From the NCBI GenBank assembly GCA_001028025.1, contig LDAQ01000067.1, positions 128-32,127 on the forward strand: 32,000 nucleotides of DNA, in the 5' to 3' direction. Made by a program: the position numbers and the translations under genes. Below, piece after piece: positions 17,619-25,599 of this stretch (position 1 is the stretch's first letter; each line of letters opens with the position of its first letter). The DNA comes from Faecalicatena fissicatena. Its GTDB lineage: Bacteria; Bacillota; Clostridia; Lachnospirales; Lachnospiraceae. The notes below the pieces were generated by a model that did no database searches, was not told the DNA's origin, and saw nothing but the letters and a program-made list of their open reading frames with translations.

Positions 17619-18160
17619 TTATAAATCGGAGGAATCTTTTGATTTTCGTTCCTGTAAGACCTTTACCGCTTTGTTTATTGATGCTTCAATCTGTTCACTA
17701 AGACTTGCTTACTAAACCTCCTGTCCTTCAATATACAAATCGATTATATAACTAGAATCCAATCGCTCTCGCTCCTGGTACCGATTCATAATAGTAAAGT
17801 ATAACCTTAGGTTATTCATCCTATAGCCTTTCAGTTCCCGCAGTATTGTATAACAATATTCCAGCAGCCTATTAAGCTATTTCTTCTATAACTATGTACA
17901 CTTTTTATGAAATGATATCCTGTTAATGTTTCTTTACACATATCAGGAACTCTGTTATACGTGGTATCTATATTCAATACGTTTGCAAATGTTAAATCTT
18001 TGATTTTAATCCAGTTTCCGAACTCTCCGATTAAATCCTTTTCATTCTTCTTTTGTACTGGATTCCTTTATCTTATATCAGTAAAGGTCTCTTCTTCACA
18101 GGAACTTCCATTTGCCGTACCACTAACATATTGAACTATAAATGACGATACATTGTCCAT
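17619..18160 (-). pseudogene. Decayed AT-rich gene of about 180 codons, broken by in-frame stops and a frameshift
   Basis: Hand translation: AAGGAGG RBS, then MDNVSSFIVQYVSGTANGSSCEEETFTDIR*RNPVQKKNEKDLIGEFGNWIKIKDLTFANVLNIDTTYNRVPDMCKETLTGYHFIKSVHSYRRNSLIGCWNIVIQYCGN*, then after a frame change MNNLRLYFTIMNRYQERERLDSSYIIDLYIEGQEV**ASLSEQIEASINKAVKVLQERKSKDSSDL*. I do not recognise the family. Confidence 0.5.
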
Positions 18161-18406
18161 TGGACCTTTGCCTCCTTGATCAAATATTTTAATCTAATTG
18201 AACATTTTTATTATGTTCGTTCAGATGATTTCCTTTGAGATATCTTTTTCTTTTTTATTTATCTCGTTTGGATTAGTTAGATAATATCATACAAGCTATC
18301 ATTTGTCAACGCACTTTATTCTTTTTTAATAAATAAATATATAATTGTCCAAATTACACATATTTATCAGATTATTTCGAAAGTCAGAATTTTTTGGTAG
18401 TTGGTA

Positions 18407-18681
18407 TGGGGCCGCTGTGTGGAATTGGAACAGGCCTCTCCAGAATGCGGGATCAGGGCGTAAGTGCCGCTTCATCAAAATCGGAGCCGGCATGGTGAAC
18501 ACCGCGGACACTTGCGAGAATTCTGATGAATTCTCACTGCGGGTCTGCTTGTTTACAGGCCTTGTGGGCCTGTAAACAGTTCACATGCCGGCTCCGATTT
18601 TGATGAAGCGGCACTAACACCCCGATCCAGCATCCTGGAGATGCCTGTTCCAATTCCGCACAGCTGGGTGCATCCGGGCGG
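18407..18681 (-). repeat. Long-hairpin element, copy B (inverted orientation, divergent): arms 18413-18499 / 18569-18664
   Basis: Arms of about 90 bp are complementary with about 8 mismatches. The conserved tail CCGCCCGGATGCACCCAGC is present as its reverse complement at 18663-18681. The apex holds GAGAATT-CTGATG-AATTCTC (18516-18535), equivalent to the A/C apical hairpin with compensatory stem changes. Confidence 0.8.
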
Positions 18682-18850
18682 AAAAAATTTGACTATCAGG
18701 GGGGATAATGACGGGGGCAGCGAATTGAGTCGTTTCACTTGAGCGGAATGCCTCCGGCACTCTTATAATAATAATTACTGGGGGCATACCTATATGGGAT
18801 TCCAGCCCAATCCGCCGCTTCCGGATCCTCCCACCGTACGGTTTTCCCTG

Positions 18851-19186
18851 CGCCCGGATGCACCCAGCCAGTCTGGAGCGGGAGTTCTGCCGGCGGGCGG
18901 GGGGATTTTCCGTGCGCTTTCTGAATGCATAGAGAGCACTTACAAACACTTAAGAAAAACCATGCCGGATGGAAAGGATAAAATTTGCTCACCAAAGCAA
19001 ATTTTAAGGTGGCCTGAGCCGCGCAATTCATCAGAATTGCACGGTGAATGCCGCCGGGCCTTTCCATCCGGCATGGTTTTTCTTAAGTGTTTGTTAGTAA
19101 ACGGACCGCATACAGAAAGCGCACGGAAAATCCCCCCGCCCGCCGGCAGAACTCCCGCTCCAGACTGGCGCCCCCTCCTCGTCCCC
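18851..19186 (+). repeat. Long-hairpin element, copy C: arms 18867-18977 / 19059-19169, including a perfect 57-bp inverted repeat
   Basis: 18867-18923 is the exact reverse complement of 19113-19169. It carries the conserved 5' tail, internal loop (18927-18937 / 19099-19105) and apex (19011-19053) shared with copy A. It ends 7 nt from the stop codon of the minus-strand histidine kinase. Confidence 0.9.
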
Positions 19187-19193
19187 TCGCTTC

Positions 19194-20534
19194 CTAAATC
19201 TTAACTTGTACGGTGTAGATCCCCCCTTCATTAAGTACATACAGTTCTCCCCCATGGCGTTCCACCATTTTTCCTACGCTTTTGAGTCCGATCCGGTTGC
19301 TGTCGGTCTCATTTACTTCTTTTTTAACTGTATTTATCAGAGTTATTTTCATCTGCTGTTTTTCTGTTTTGAAGGTCAGACTGACAGGGATTTTCTTGTC
19401 TCCATATTTTAATATATTTGAAAACAGGTTGTTGAATATTCTCTTGAGCATTGTTGCATCGCCGATGACCGTTCCCCGGCTTTCTTCCATTGTCACTTCC
19501 GCCTCAAATCCGGCAAGCTTAAGGAAGTCCAGGTTTTCCTGCAGGATTTCCAGGACGGCCTGTACTGGTACCTTCTCCATGTTAACTTCCTCTGTTTCTT
19601 CAAATACAAGCGCATACTCGAACATTTTATCTGTCATCTCTTTGATGTCACTTGTTTTCTGAAGACATCTGGAAAGATACTCCTCTTCCATTGACTCCGG
19701 TATCTTTTTCAGCTGCAGTACTTCCAGATATCCGTTGAGAATCGTCAGCGGTGTCCTCAGATCATGGGATATGGCCGTGATCAGGTCCTGATTGGCCTTC
19801 CGGCTTTCTTCCTCCTGCCGGATGTTCTCATCCAGCGCAGTACGGAGCTTGTCCAGCTCTTCAGCCAGAATGCCGATTTCATCCTCCCCGCAGTCTGGAA
19901 CCGGATGCTTTAAATCGCCTGAGGCCATCTGCAGCACCTCATCCTTCAGGCAGAGAACCTGTTTCATTCTTCGGTTGATAAACAGCAGATTTATTGCCAG
20001 GAATACACCGACACTGATCAGCACGCTGATTAAAAGGTATGGATAAACCATTTTCATGGCATGATAGGAGTAAATCATCACACTGTATGTTCCATTACGG
20101 AATTCTATTGCGACCTCATCGTAGTTTTCAATTTCTCCTGATGAGACTTTGTATCCTGCATCCAATAGGCTGCCGTATACTACCCGTTCTGTAATCTCAG
20201 GATATGCACCGGCCCTGTATAGGCCTTTTCCTCCGATTTCATAAATATATATTCCGGTATATTCATCCTTGGGAGCAAAAAATGACTTGATTTCTGCCTG
20301 TTCTTCCTTATTTTCTTCCCGTTCCGGGACATCATAATATTTTGCATTCACTTCGAGCTCTTCAATCAGTGCCTGTTCATCCCAGGTGATCGAAGGGAAT
20401 CTGCACAGAAATTTCCATACATTGCCCATGTTTGACCAGACAAACCAAAAAAGAAAAAGACTTACGATCGCAGAAGCCAGCATAAGTATAGAAAGCTTCG
20501 TGCGTATTTTCCAGCTTTTTACTGCGGACTTCAT
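19194..20534 (-). CDS. Sensor histidine kinase (2 TM helices with an extracytoplasmic loop, HAMP, HisKA, HATPase_c)
   Basis: H-box ISHDLRTPLTIL, N-box FNNLFSNILKYG, G-box-like IGLKSVGKMVERHGG. The ATG at 20534 lies 4 nt after the response-regulator stop. The longer track ORF (to 20687) overlaps that gene and was not used. Confidence 0.9.
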   Translation of the reverse strand: MKSAVKSWKIRTKLSILMLASAIVSLFLFWFVWSNMGNVWKFLCRFPSITWDEQALIEELEVNAKYYDVPEREENKEEQAEIKSFFAPKDEYTGIYIYEIGGKGLYRAGAYPEITERVVYGSLLDAGYKVSSGEIENYDEVAIEFRNGTYSVMIYSYHAMKMVYPYLLISVLISVGVFLAINLLFINRRMKQVLCLKDEVLQMASGDLKHPVPDCGEDEIGILAEELDKLRTALDENIRQEEESRKANQDLITAISHDLRTPLTILNGYLEVLQLKKIPESMEEEYLSRCLQKTSDIKEMTDKMFEYALVFEETEEVNMEKVPVQAVLEILQENLDFLKLAGFEAEVTMEESRGTVIGDATMLKRIFNNLFSNILKYGDKKIPVSLTFKTEKQQMKITLINTVKKEVNETDSNRIGLKSVGKMVERHGGELYVLNEGGIYTVQVKI

Positions 20535-20538
20535 TTTC

Positions 20539-21276
20539 TTAATCACAGCGGTACCCCTTTCCCCATATGGTTTTAATGAGTACTGGATTCTTTGCATCTT
20601 TTTCAATCTTTTTACGCAGATTTCTGATATGGACCATAATCGTATTGTTGGCTCCGTAATAGTAAGGTTCGTCCCAGACCGCTTCATACAGTCTTTCCGC
20701 CGAAAATATCTGGTACCGGTATTTTATAAGCAGATGGAGCATGGCATATTCTGTGTCCGTAAGTTCTATCTGCCGGCCTTCTGCATACACCGCCTCCTGC
20801 TCTTCATCTATCTCCAGATCATGGAAATGCAGGCGCTGCTTTTCCTGGGTATTACCGATGCAGATCACTTGTTCCGACACCGTCTCACTGTTCTCTTTCC
20901 CTTTATAAATCTGATACCGCCTGATAAGAGCTTTGGCACGGCTGACAAGCTCGTTGTAGGAAAATGGTTTTACCAGATAATCGTCCCCGCCGCTGGAAAA
21001 TCCCAGCGTTTTATCGCTTTCCTGCCCCTTTGCGCTTAAGAATAAAATGGGTGCATTGCTCAGCTTCCGGATTTCCAGACAGGTCTGGTATCCGTTCATC
21101 CCCGGCATCATGATGTCCAGGATGATCAGGTCAAACATCCCCTGTTCCAGCATTTCCAGAGCCTTCATACCATTCCTTGCTTCTTCGATGTCATACCCTT
21201 CACCCTGAAGTAATATACGGATAATCTCACGGATTTCCGGATTGTCATCTACTATTATAATTCTGGCTGTTTCCAT
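20539..21276 (-). CDS. OmpR/PhoB-family response regulator
   Basis: Receiver domain METARIIIVDDNPEIREI...DLIILDIMMPGMNG, and a winged-helix C-terminus LTDTEYAMLHLL...TIWGKGYRCD. The ATG at 21276 has AAGGGGGA about 9 nt upstream. The 106-codon upstream extension in the track is non-homologous. Confidence 0.9.
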   Translation of the reverse strand: METARIIIVDDNPEIREIIRILLQGEGYDIEEARNGMKALEMLEQGMFDLIILDIMMPGMNGYQTCLEIRKLSNAPILFLSAKGQESDKTLGFSSGGDDYLVKPFSYNELVSRAKALIRRYQIYKGKENSETVSEQVICIGNTQEKQRLHFHDLEIDEEQEAVYAEGRQIELTDTEYAMLHLLIKYRYQIFSAERLYEAVWDEPYYYGANNTIMVHIRNLRKKIEKDAKNPVLIKTIWGKGYRCD

Positions 21277-21563
21277 GTTTCTCATCCCCCTTGTTTCCAG
21301 TTCCATTATACATGATTTCAGAAAAAATATAGTTACTCTTAAGAATTCTTCAGATTCACTTTGGGAATTCTTTAAGAAACGGGTTGTATAATTCACAGAT
21401 GTAAACAATAAAACTGTTAAATTACATCCCCGCGGCAAACTGCGGGGCATCGAATTCACACTACAGCGGAATATGAGGCTTTTATACTGTGTGCTGCCGC
21501 CGGATTTCCATCCAGGCATGCCCGCCTGCCCTGTTATTGCTGCACGTATAAAAAGGAGAGAGT

Positions 21564-24500
21564 ATGACGCACAAAAAGTATTTCTACCCCGCACTACTGG
21601 CCGGGCTCTTCATTATTCTGGTACTTTTGACCATACCGGGGGGATATTTCTATGGTTCTTATACGGACTGGCTGAGCCAGCATGTCCGGCTGGCTGAGAC
21701 AATCCGCAATGCCTGTCTCGAACAGAAGACCCTGGTTCCGGCTTTTCTGCCGCTGGGAGGAGGCAGCAACGGCTATCAGTTTTCTTATTATGGCTACCTG
21801 CGGCCGGATATCCTTATTGGATGCCTGTTCCCGGCTGTCCCTATGGTATATTTACTGATCGGATACATGCTGGCAGGATATTTCTGTTCCGTTATGCTCT
21901 GCTATTACTGGCTTGGGGAACACACTCAGGATAAGGTATCAGCCTTCCTCGGCAGCCTGTTTTTCCTGACGGCGGCTTGTTTTTTTCAGACGCACCGGCA
22001 GATTATGTTTGTAAATTATATGCCGTTTTTGTTGCTTGCGCTTATATGCGTTAAGAAAAAGCGCTTCCAGTTTCTTCCTCTTTGCATGCTTATGATTTAC
22101 CTCAATAGCTTTTACTACTCCATTGCCTGCCTGGCAGTGATTGGCTGGTACTGGCTCAGACAGGAAGGGAAGGGGTTCTGGAAGCATGGATTTCTTCAAT
22201 ATCTGAAAACTGCATTTCTTTCCATTGGCATGGCTGCGCTTCTTCTTGTTCCAACCGCGCTGGTCATTCTGGAGCACCGCCGTTCTTCAGACAAACTGAA
22301 CCTTTTGGAGATACTGGGGGCCAATGCGGATATGCACTCCCTTCTGTACAGTCCGTATGGAATGGGACTGACTGCCATATGCCTTTATCTGCTGCTCCTT
22401 GGCCTCTGCCATAAAAAATACCGGATGGACAGTGCCATGCTGCTCTTTGTTTCTTTCTGCGGCGCTGCTGCATGGATACTCAACGGGACTTTATATGCCC
22501 GGGCAAAGATTTTGATTCCATTTGTTCCGCTTGTTGTCCTTCAATGTGCGAAACTATTAAATGAACTGCGGCAGAAAAACCTTGACTGGAAGCTCTGGCC
22601 CTGTTTCATTGCAGCCGTATTTTTGTACTTTTTCCGTACTAAAAGTACATTTCCATGGATGGCTGCCGATCTTGGGATTCTGATATTTATTGTTCTGATT
22701 CATAAGGTTAGATGTAAAGAATCCTTACTGCAGGCCAGATATACCGTCAGCCGGATACTGCTGTGCATTATGCCCTGTATCCTGTTTTATCAGACGATGC
22801 AGAGGGAACAATTTGTGAGAAAAGAAGATGTTTTCACAAAAGACCTGGCTCTGGACAGTAATCTGTTAAAAAACGGATCTCCGCTCTACCGCTGCGATAA
22901 CCTGACTAACATACTGAATACAGGTAATCTCGTGTTAGATGGTAATGAACAGAAAAGTGCCATGTATTCTTCTATTTCTAATGAAGGATACTCAAGTTTT
23001 TACTATGATACGCTGCTGTCCCCCGTTCAGATTAATAACCGGCTGGCGATTCTGCCCTCTTCCAACCCGTTTTTGCTGAATTTTCTGGGGGTGCGTTATA
23101 TCGAAACAACCCAGGGCAATGTTCCTGCCGGATACCAGACTGTTAAAACAGCTGATACAGAGGATGAAAGCACAAACGATGGCAGAAATAACGACACCCG
23201 GCATGTACTGGCTGAAAACAGGAGTGTTCTGCCTGTTGCCTATACGACCAGTTCCTGCATGAGTGAATCACAGTTTGAGAAGCTGGGAGCATATGATCGG
23301 CTTGATGCTATAACGAGATTTACGATTATACCGGAAGGAGACACTGTCAGTGACCCGGATGCTGTTAATGATAAATCTGAAGCAGGAAACAGCACTTCCG
23401 ATCCCTTGGCAGCTTCTGTGGGCAATACCCGTGGGGAACACTCCGTCAATAATTCCACTGATACGGAATCTAAAATGAAGGATTATGCACCTGCATTTGA
23501 AGATCTTCAACTGCCGGACACTGTTCAGGCCGAAAGGACGGATGAAGGATGGCTGCTGAATGTTAAGAAGGATACCAATATTACACTAAATCTGAACCAG
23601 AGCTTGAAGGATCAGATTCTGCTACTGGATTTTGAAGTTGAGAATCTGGAGAAACACGCAGTTGTTATTGATATTAATCAGATGAGAAATAAACTGTCCG
23701 GTCCGAGCGCCCCTTACCCCAATGGGAACAATACTTTTCATTATCAGTTTTCCAGTTCTTCTCAAAACGGGATCGATACTCTTAATATTACATTTTCCAA
23801 GGGGAAATATCTTTTAAAGAATATCAACTGGCATACCTATGACATGCAGAATCTTTTTGAAAAGCAATATACAGCGGTAGAAAATCAGACGACTGAAACC
23901 GGTGAAATATTATCCTGCCAGGCCACTCTTGATGAGGACGGTTATTTTGTAACCTCGATTCCGGTACAAAATGGTATGGAAATATGGGTTGATGGGAAAA
24001 ATGTTCCTATCCTCACCCTGAACCAGGCCTTCGCCGGAGTTCAGCTGACGAAAGGCGTTCATGATATCAGAATCCGCTTCCATGCACCGGGACAGATGGT
24101 CGGGTTTATAATTACTATCATCAGCTTCCTGATGTATCTTCTTTATGCTCTGCGGGTTCCAGTACTGTTTCTTCTGCGTATGCTGAAATTGAAGAAAGAA
24201 CTTGTACTCTACTGCCTGAGTGGAGGTGCAACAACATTTGTAAACTATTTAATTTACTTTATACTTTTAAAAACACATATGGAATATCTTGCTGCCAATA
24301 CATTAGCATGGGCAGGAGCCGTTGTCACAGCCTATCTGCTCAACCGCAGGCTGGTATTTCACTCACGTAAACATATCCTGCAGGAGTTCTGTTCCTTTGT
24401 TTTTCTCAGATTTCTGACCTTGCTGGCGGAAAATATCCTTCTGTGGATTGCGGTAGATTCTCTTGGCATACTGCCTCTGCCCTCAAAAATTATGGTAAGT

Positions 24501-24575
24501 GTAATAACCGTGTTATCTAATTATGTACTTTGCAAATATAAGATTTTCCATAAGGAGGAAGTAAAACATGGATAA
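21564..24575 (+). CDS. YfhO-like polytopic GT-C-type membrane protein fused to a C-terminal GtrA-like domain
   Basis: The N-terminal ~400 aa have many TM helices and a YfhO-like profile. A large extracytoplasmic middle region and one further TM follow. The last ~130 aa (nt ~24177-24575) look like the GtrA family (LSGGATTFVNYLIYFILL...AYLLNRRLVFH...VLSNYVLCKYKIF). Confidence 0.75.
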   Translation: MTHKKYFYPALLAGLFIILVLLTIPGGYFYGSYTDWLSQHVRLAETIRNACLEQKTLVPAFLPLGGGSNGYQFSYYGYLRPDILIGCLFPAVPMVYLLIGYMLAGYFCSVMLCYYWLGEHTQDKVSAFLGSLFFLTAACFFQTHRQIMFVNYMPFLLLALICVKKKRFQFLPLCMLMIYLNSFYYSIACLAVIGWYWLRQEGKGFWKHGFLQYLKTAFLSIGMAALLLVPTALVILEHRRSSDKLNLLEILGANADMHSLLYSPYGMGLTAICLYLLLLGLCHKKYRMDSAMLLFVSFCGAAAWILNGTLYARAKILIPFVPLVVLQCAKLLNELRQKNLDWKLWPCFIAAVFLYFFRTKSTFPWMAADLGILIFIVLIHKVRCKESLLQARYTVSRILLCIMPCILFYQTMQREQFVRKEDVFTKDLALDSNLLKNGSPLYRCDNLTNILNTGNLVLDGNEQKSAMYSSISNEGYSSFYYDTLLSPVQINNRLAILPSSNPFLLNFLGVRYIETTQGNVPAGYQTVKTADTEDESTNDGRNNDTRHVLAENRSVLPVAYTTSSCMSESQFEKLGAYDRLDAITRFTIIPEGDTVSDPDAVNDKSEAGNSTSDPLAASVGNTRGEHSVNNSTDTESKMKDYAPAFEDLQLPDTVQAERTDEGWLLNVKKDTNITLNLNQSLKDQILLLDFEVENLEKHAVVIDINQMRNKLSGPSAPYPNGNNTFHYQFSSSSQNGIDTLNITFSKGKYLLKNINWHTYDMQNLFEKQYTAVENQTTETGEILSCQATLDEDGYFVTSIPVQNGMEIWVDGKNVPILTLNQAFAGVQLTKGVHDIRIRFHAPGQMVGFIITIISFLMYLLYALRVPVLFLLRMLKLKKELVLYCLSGGATTFVNYLIYFILLKTHMEYLAANTLAWAGAVVTAYLLNRRLVFHSRKHILQEFCSFVFLRFLTLLAENILLWIAVDSLGILPLPSKIMVSVITVLSNYVLCKYKIFHKEEVKHG

Positions 24576-25503
24576 AATCAGCATTATCGTGCCCTGCTAC
24601 AATGAAGAACAGGTACTTACCATGTTCTATCAGGAGACCGGGAAGGCAGTCGGGGAAATCGAGACTGCAGAATGTGAGTTTATTTTTATTGATGACGGAA
24701 GCCGGGATCATACACCGGAAATACTGCAAAGTCTGGTGTACCGGGACAAGCGCTGTAAATACCTGTCATTCTCCCGGAATTTCGGCAAGGAAGCCGCAAT
24801 GTATGCCGGGCTGCAGTATGCTTCCGGAGATTACTGTGTATTTATGGACGCGGATCTCCAGCACCCTCCTTCACTATTAAAGGAAATGTACAGTGTCCTC
24901 AAGAATGAGGGTTATGACTGCTGTGCCGGTTTCCGGGAAGACCGCCAGGGTGAAGGGAGGGTCAGAAGCTTTCTTTCCCGCGGATTTTATAAGATCATCA
25001 ATAGGATCTGTGATATAAACATAAGTGACGGCGCTGGGGATTTCCGCATGATGAACCGGGCAATGGCAGACTCTATACTGGAATTCAAGGAATATAACAG
25101 ATACATGAAGGGGATTTTTTCTTTCATCGGATTTGACACAAAGTGGATCCCATTCCGTAATGTGGAGCGTGCCGCGGGGAACAGCAAGTGGGGCTTCAAA
25201 AGCCTGTTCAAGTATGCTCTGGATGGAATCTTCTCTTTCTCAACCGCCCCGGTCACATTGGCAGGTACAACTGGCAGCCTTCTGCTGGCGGCCGCACTGA
25301 TTCTGGGTATTGTTACGGCTGTACGTACATTTATCTTAGGCTACGCAGCCAGTGGAATCATGCCTGTGGTGCTACTCATACTGGGACTAAATGGGATACA
25401 GCTGTTGTTTATATCCATATTGGGGCAGTATATCTCAAAAGATTACATGGAAACAAAAAAGCGTCCTCTTTATATCGTTAAGAGGGAAGAAGGGTTTCGG
25501 TAG
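24568..25503 (+). CDS. GT2 polyprenyl-phosphate glycosyltransferase (GtrB/CsbB-like) with 2 C-terminal TM helices
   Basis: ISIIVPCYNEE, FIDDGSRDHT and DADLQHPP motifs, plus two C-terminal hydrophobic helices. An ATGGATAA overlap with the preceding gene suggests translational coupling. Confidence 0.9.
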   Translation: MDKISIIVPCYNEEQVLTMFYQETGKAVGEIETAECEFIFIDDGSRDHTPEILQSLVYRDKRCKYLSFSRNFGKEAAMYAGLQYASGDYCVFMDADLQHPPSLLKEMYSVLKNEGYDCCAGFREDRQGEGRVRSFLSRGFYKIINRICDINISDGAGDFRMMNRAMADSILEFKEYNRYMKGIFSFIGFDTKWIPFRNVERAAGNSKWGFKSLFKYALDGIFSFSTAPVTLAGTTGSLLLAAALILGIVTAVRTFILGYAASGIMPVVLLILGLNGIQLLFISILGQYISKDYMETKKRPLYIVKREEGFR

Positions 25504-25505
25504 TT

Positions 25506-25570
25506 CAAAGGGGTCAGACCCCTTTGCCGGAGGGGACAGTCCCCTCTGCAAAAGGGTCTGACCCCTTTTC
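25506..25570. terminator. Compound palindrome between convergent genes, probably a bidirectional terminator and a GGGGTCAGACCCC-family repeat
   Basis: CAAAGGGGTCAGACCCCTTTG ... GAGGGGACAGTCCCCTC ... CAAAAGGGTCTGACCCCTTTTC. The outer arms are complementary, the inner hairpin has a 7-bp stem, and T-rich runs lie on both sides. It sits between the GT2 stop (25503) and the metG stop (25600). Confidence 0.7.
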
Positions 25571-25599
25571 ACGCATTACTGCACTAAAGTACGCTATAA

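Noticed and set aside
18516-18535. CUGAUGA, the hammerhead ribozyme core box, on the strand opposite the conserved CATCAG apical loop (also at 266-283 and 19025-19042)
   Set aside because: The heptamer forms the loop of a simple hairpin instead of joining stems I and II. No GAAA box, stem III or cleavage-site arrangement follows it in any copy.
18326-19204. Track ORFs 18326..18511, 18345..18575, 18553..18738, 18614..18949, 18735..19067 and 18794..19204
   Set aside because: The reasoning is the same as for copy A. These are reading frames opened by hairpin elements B and C, mutually overlapping on both strands, with no RBS and no protein-like features.
20535-21594. Long N-terminal extensions of the HK ORF (to 20687) and the RR ORF (to 21594), and the antisense ORF 20386..21039
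   Set aside because: The extensions overlap the neighbouring gene or the promoter region and lack homology to receiver or sensor domains. Internal ATGs with SD sequences give canonical protein N-termini (METARIIIVDD and MKSAVKSWKIRTKLSIL). The antisense ORF has no support.
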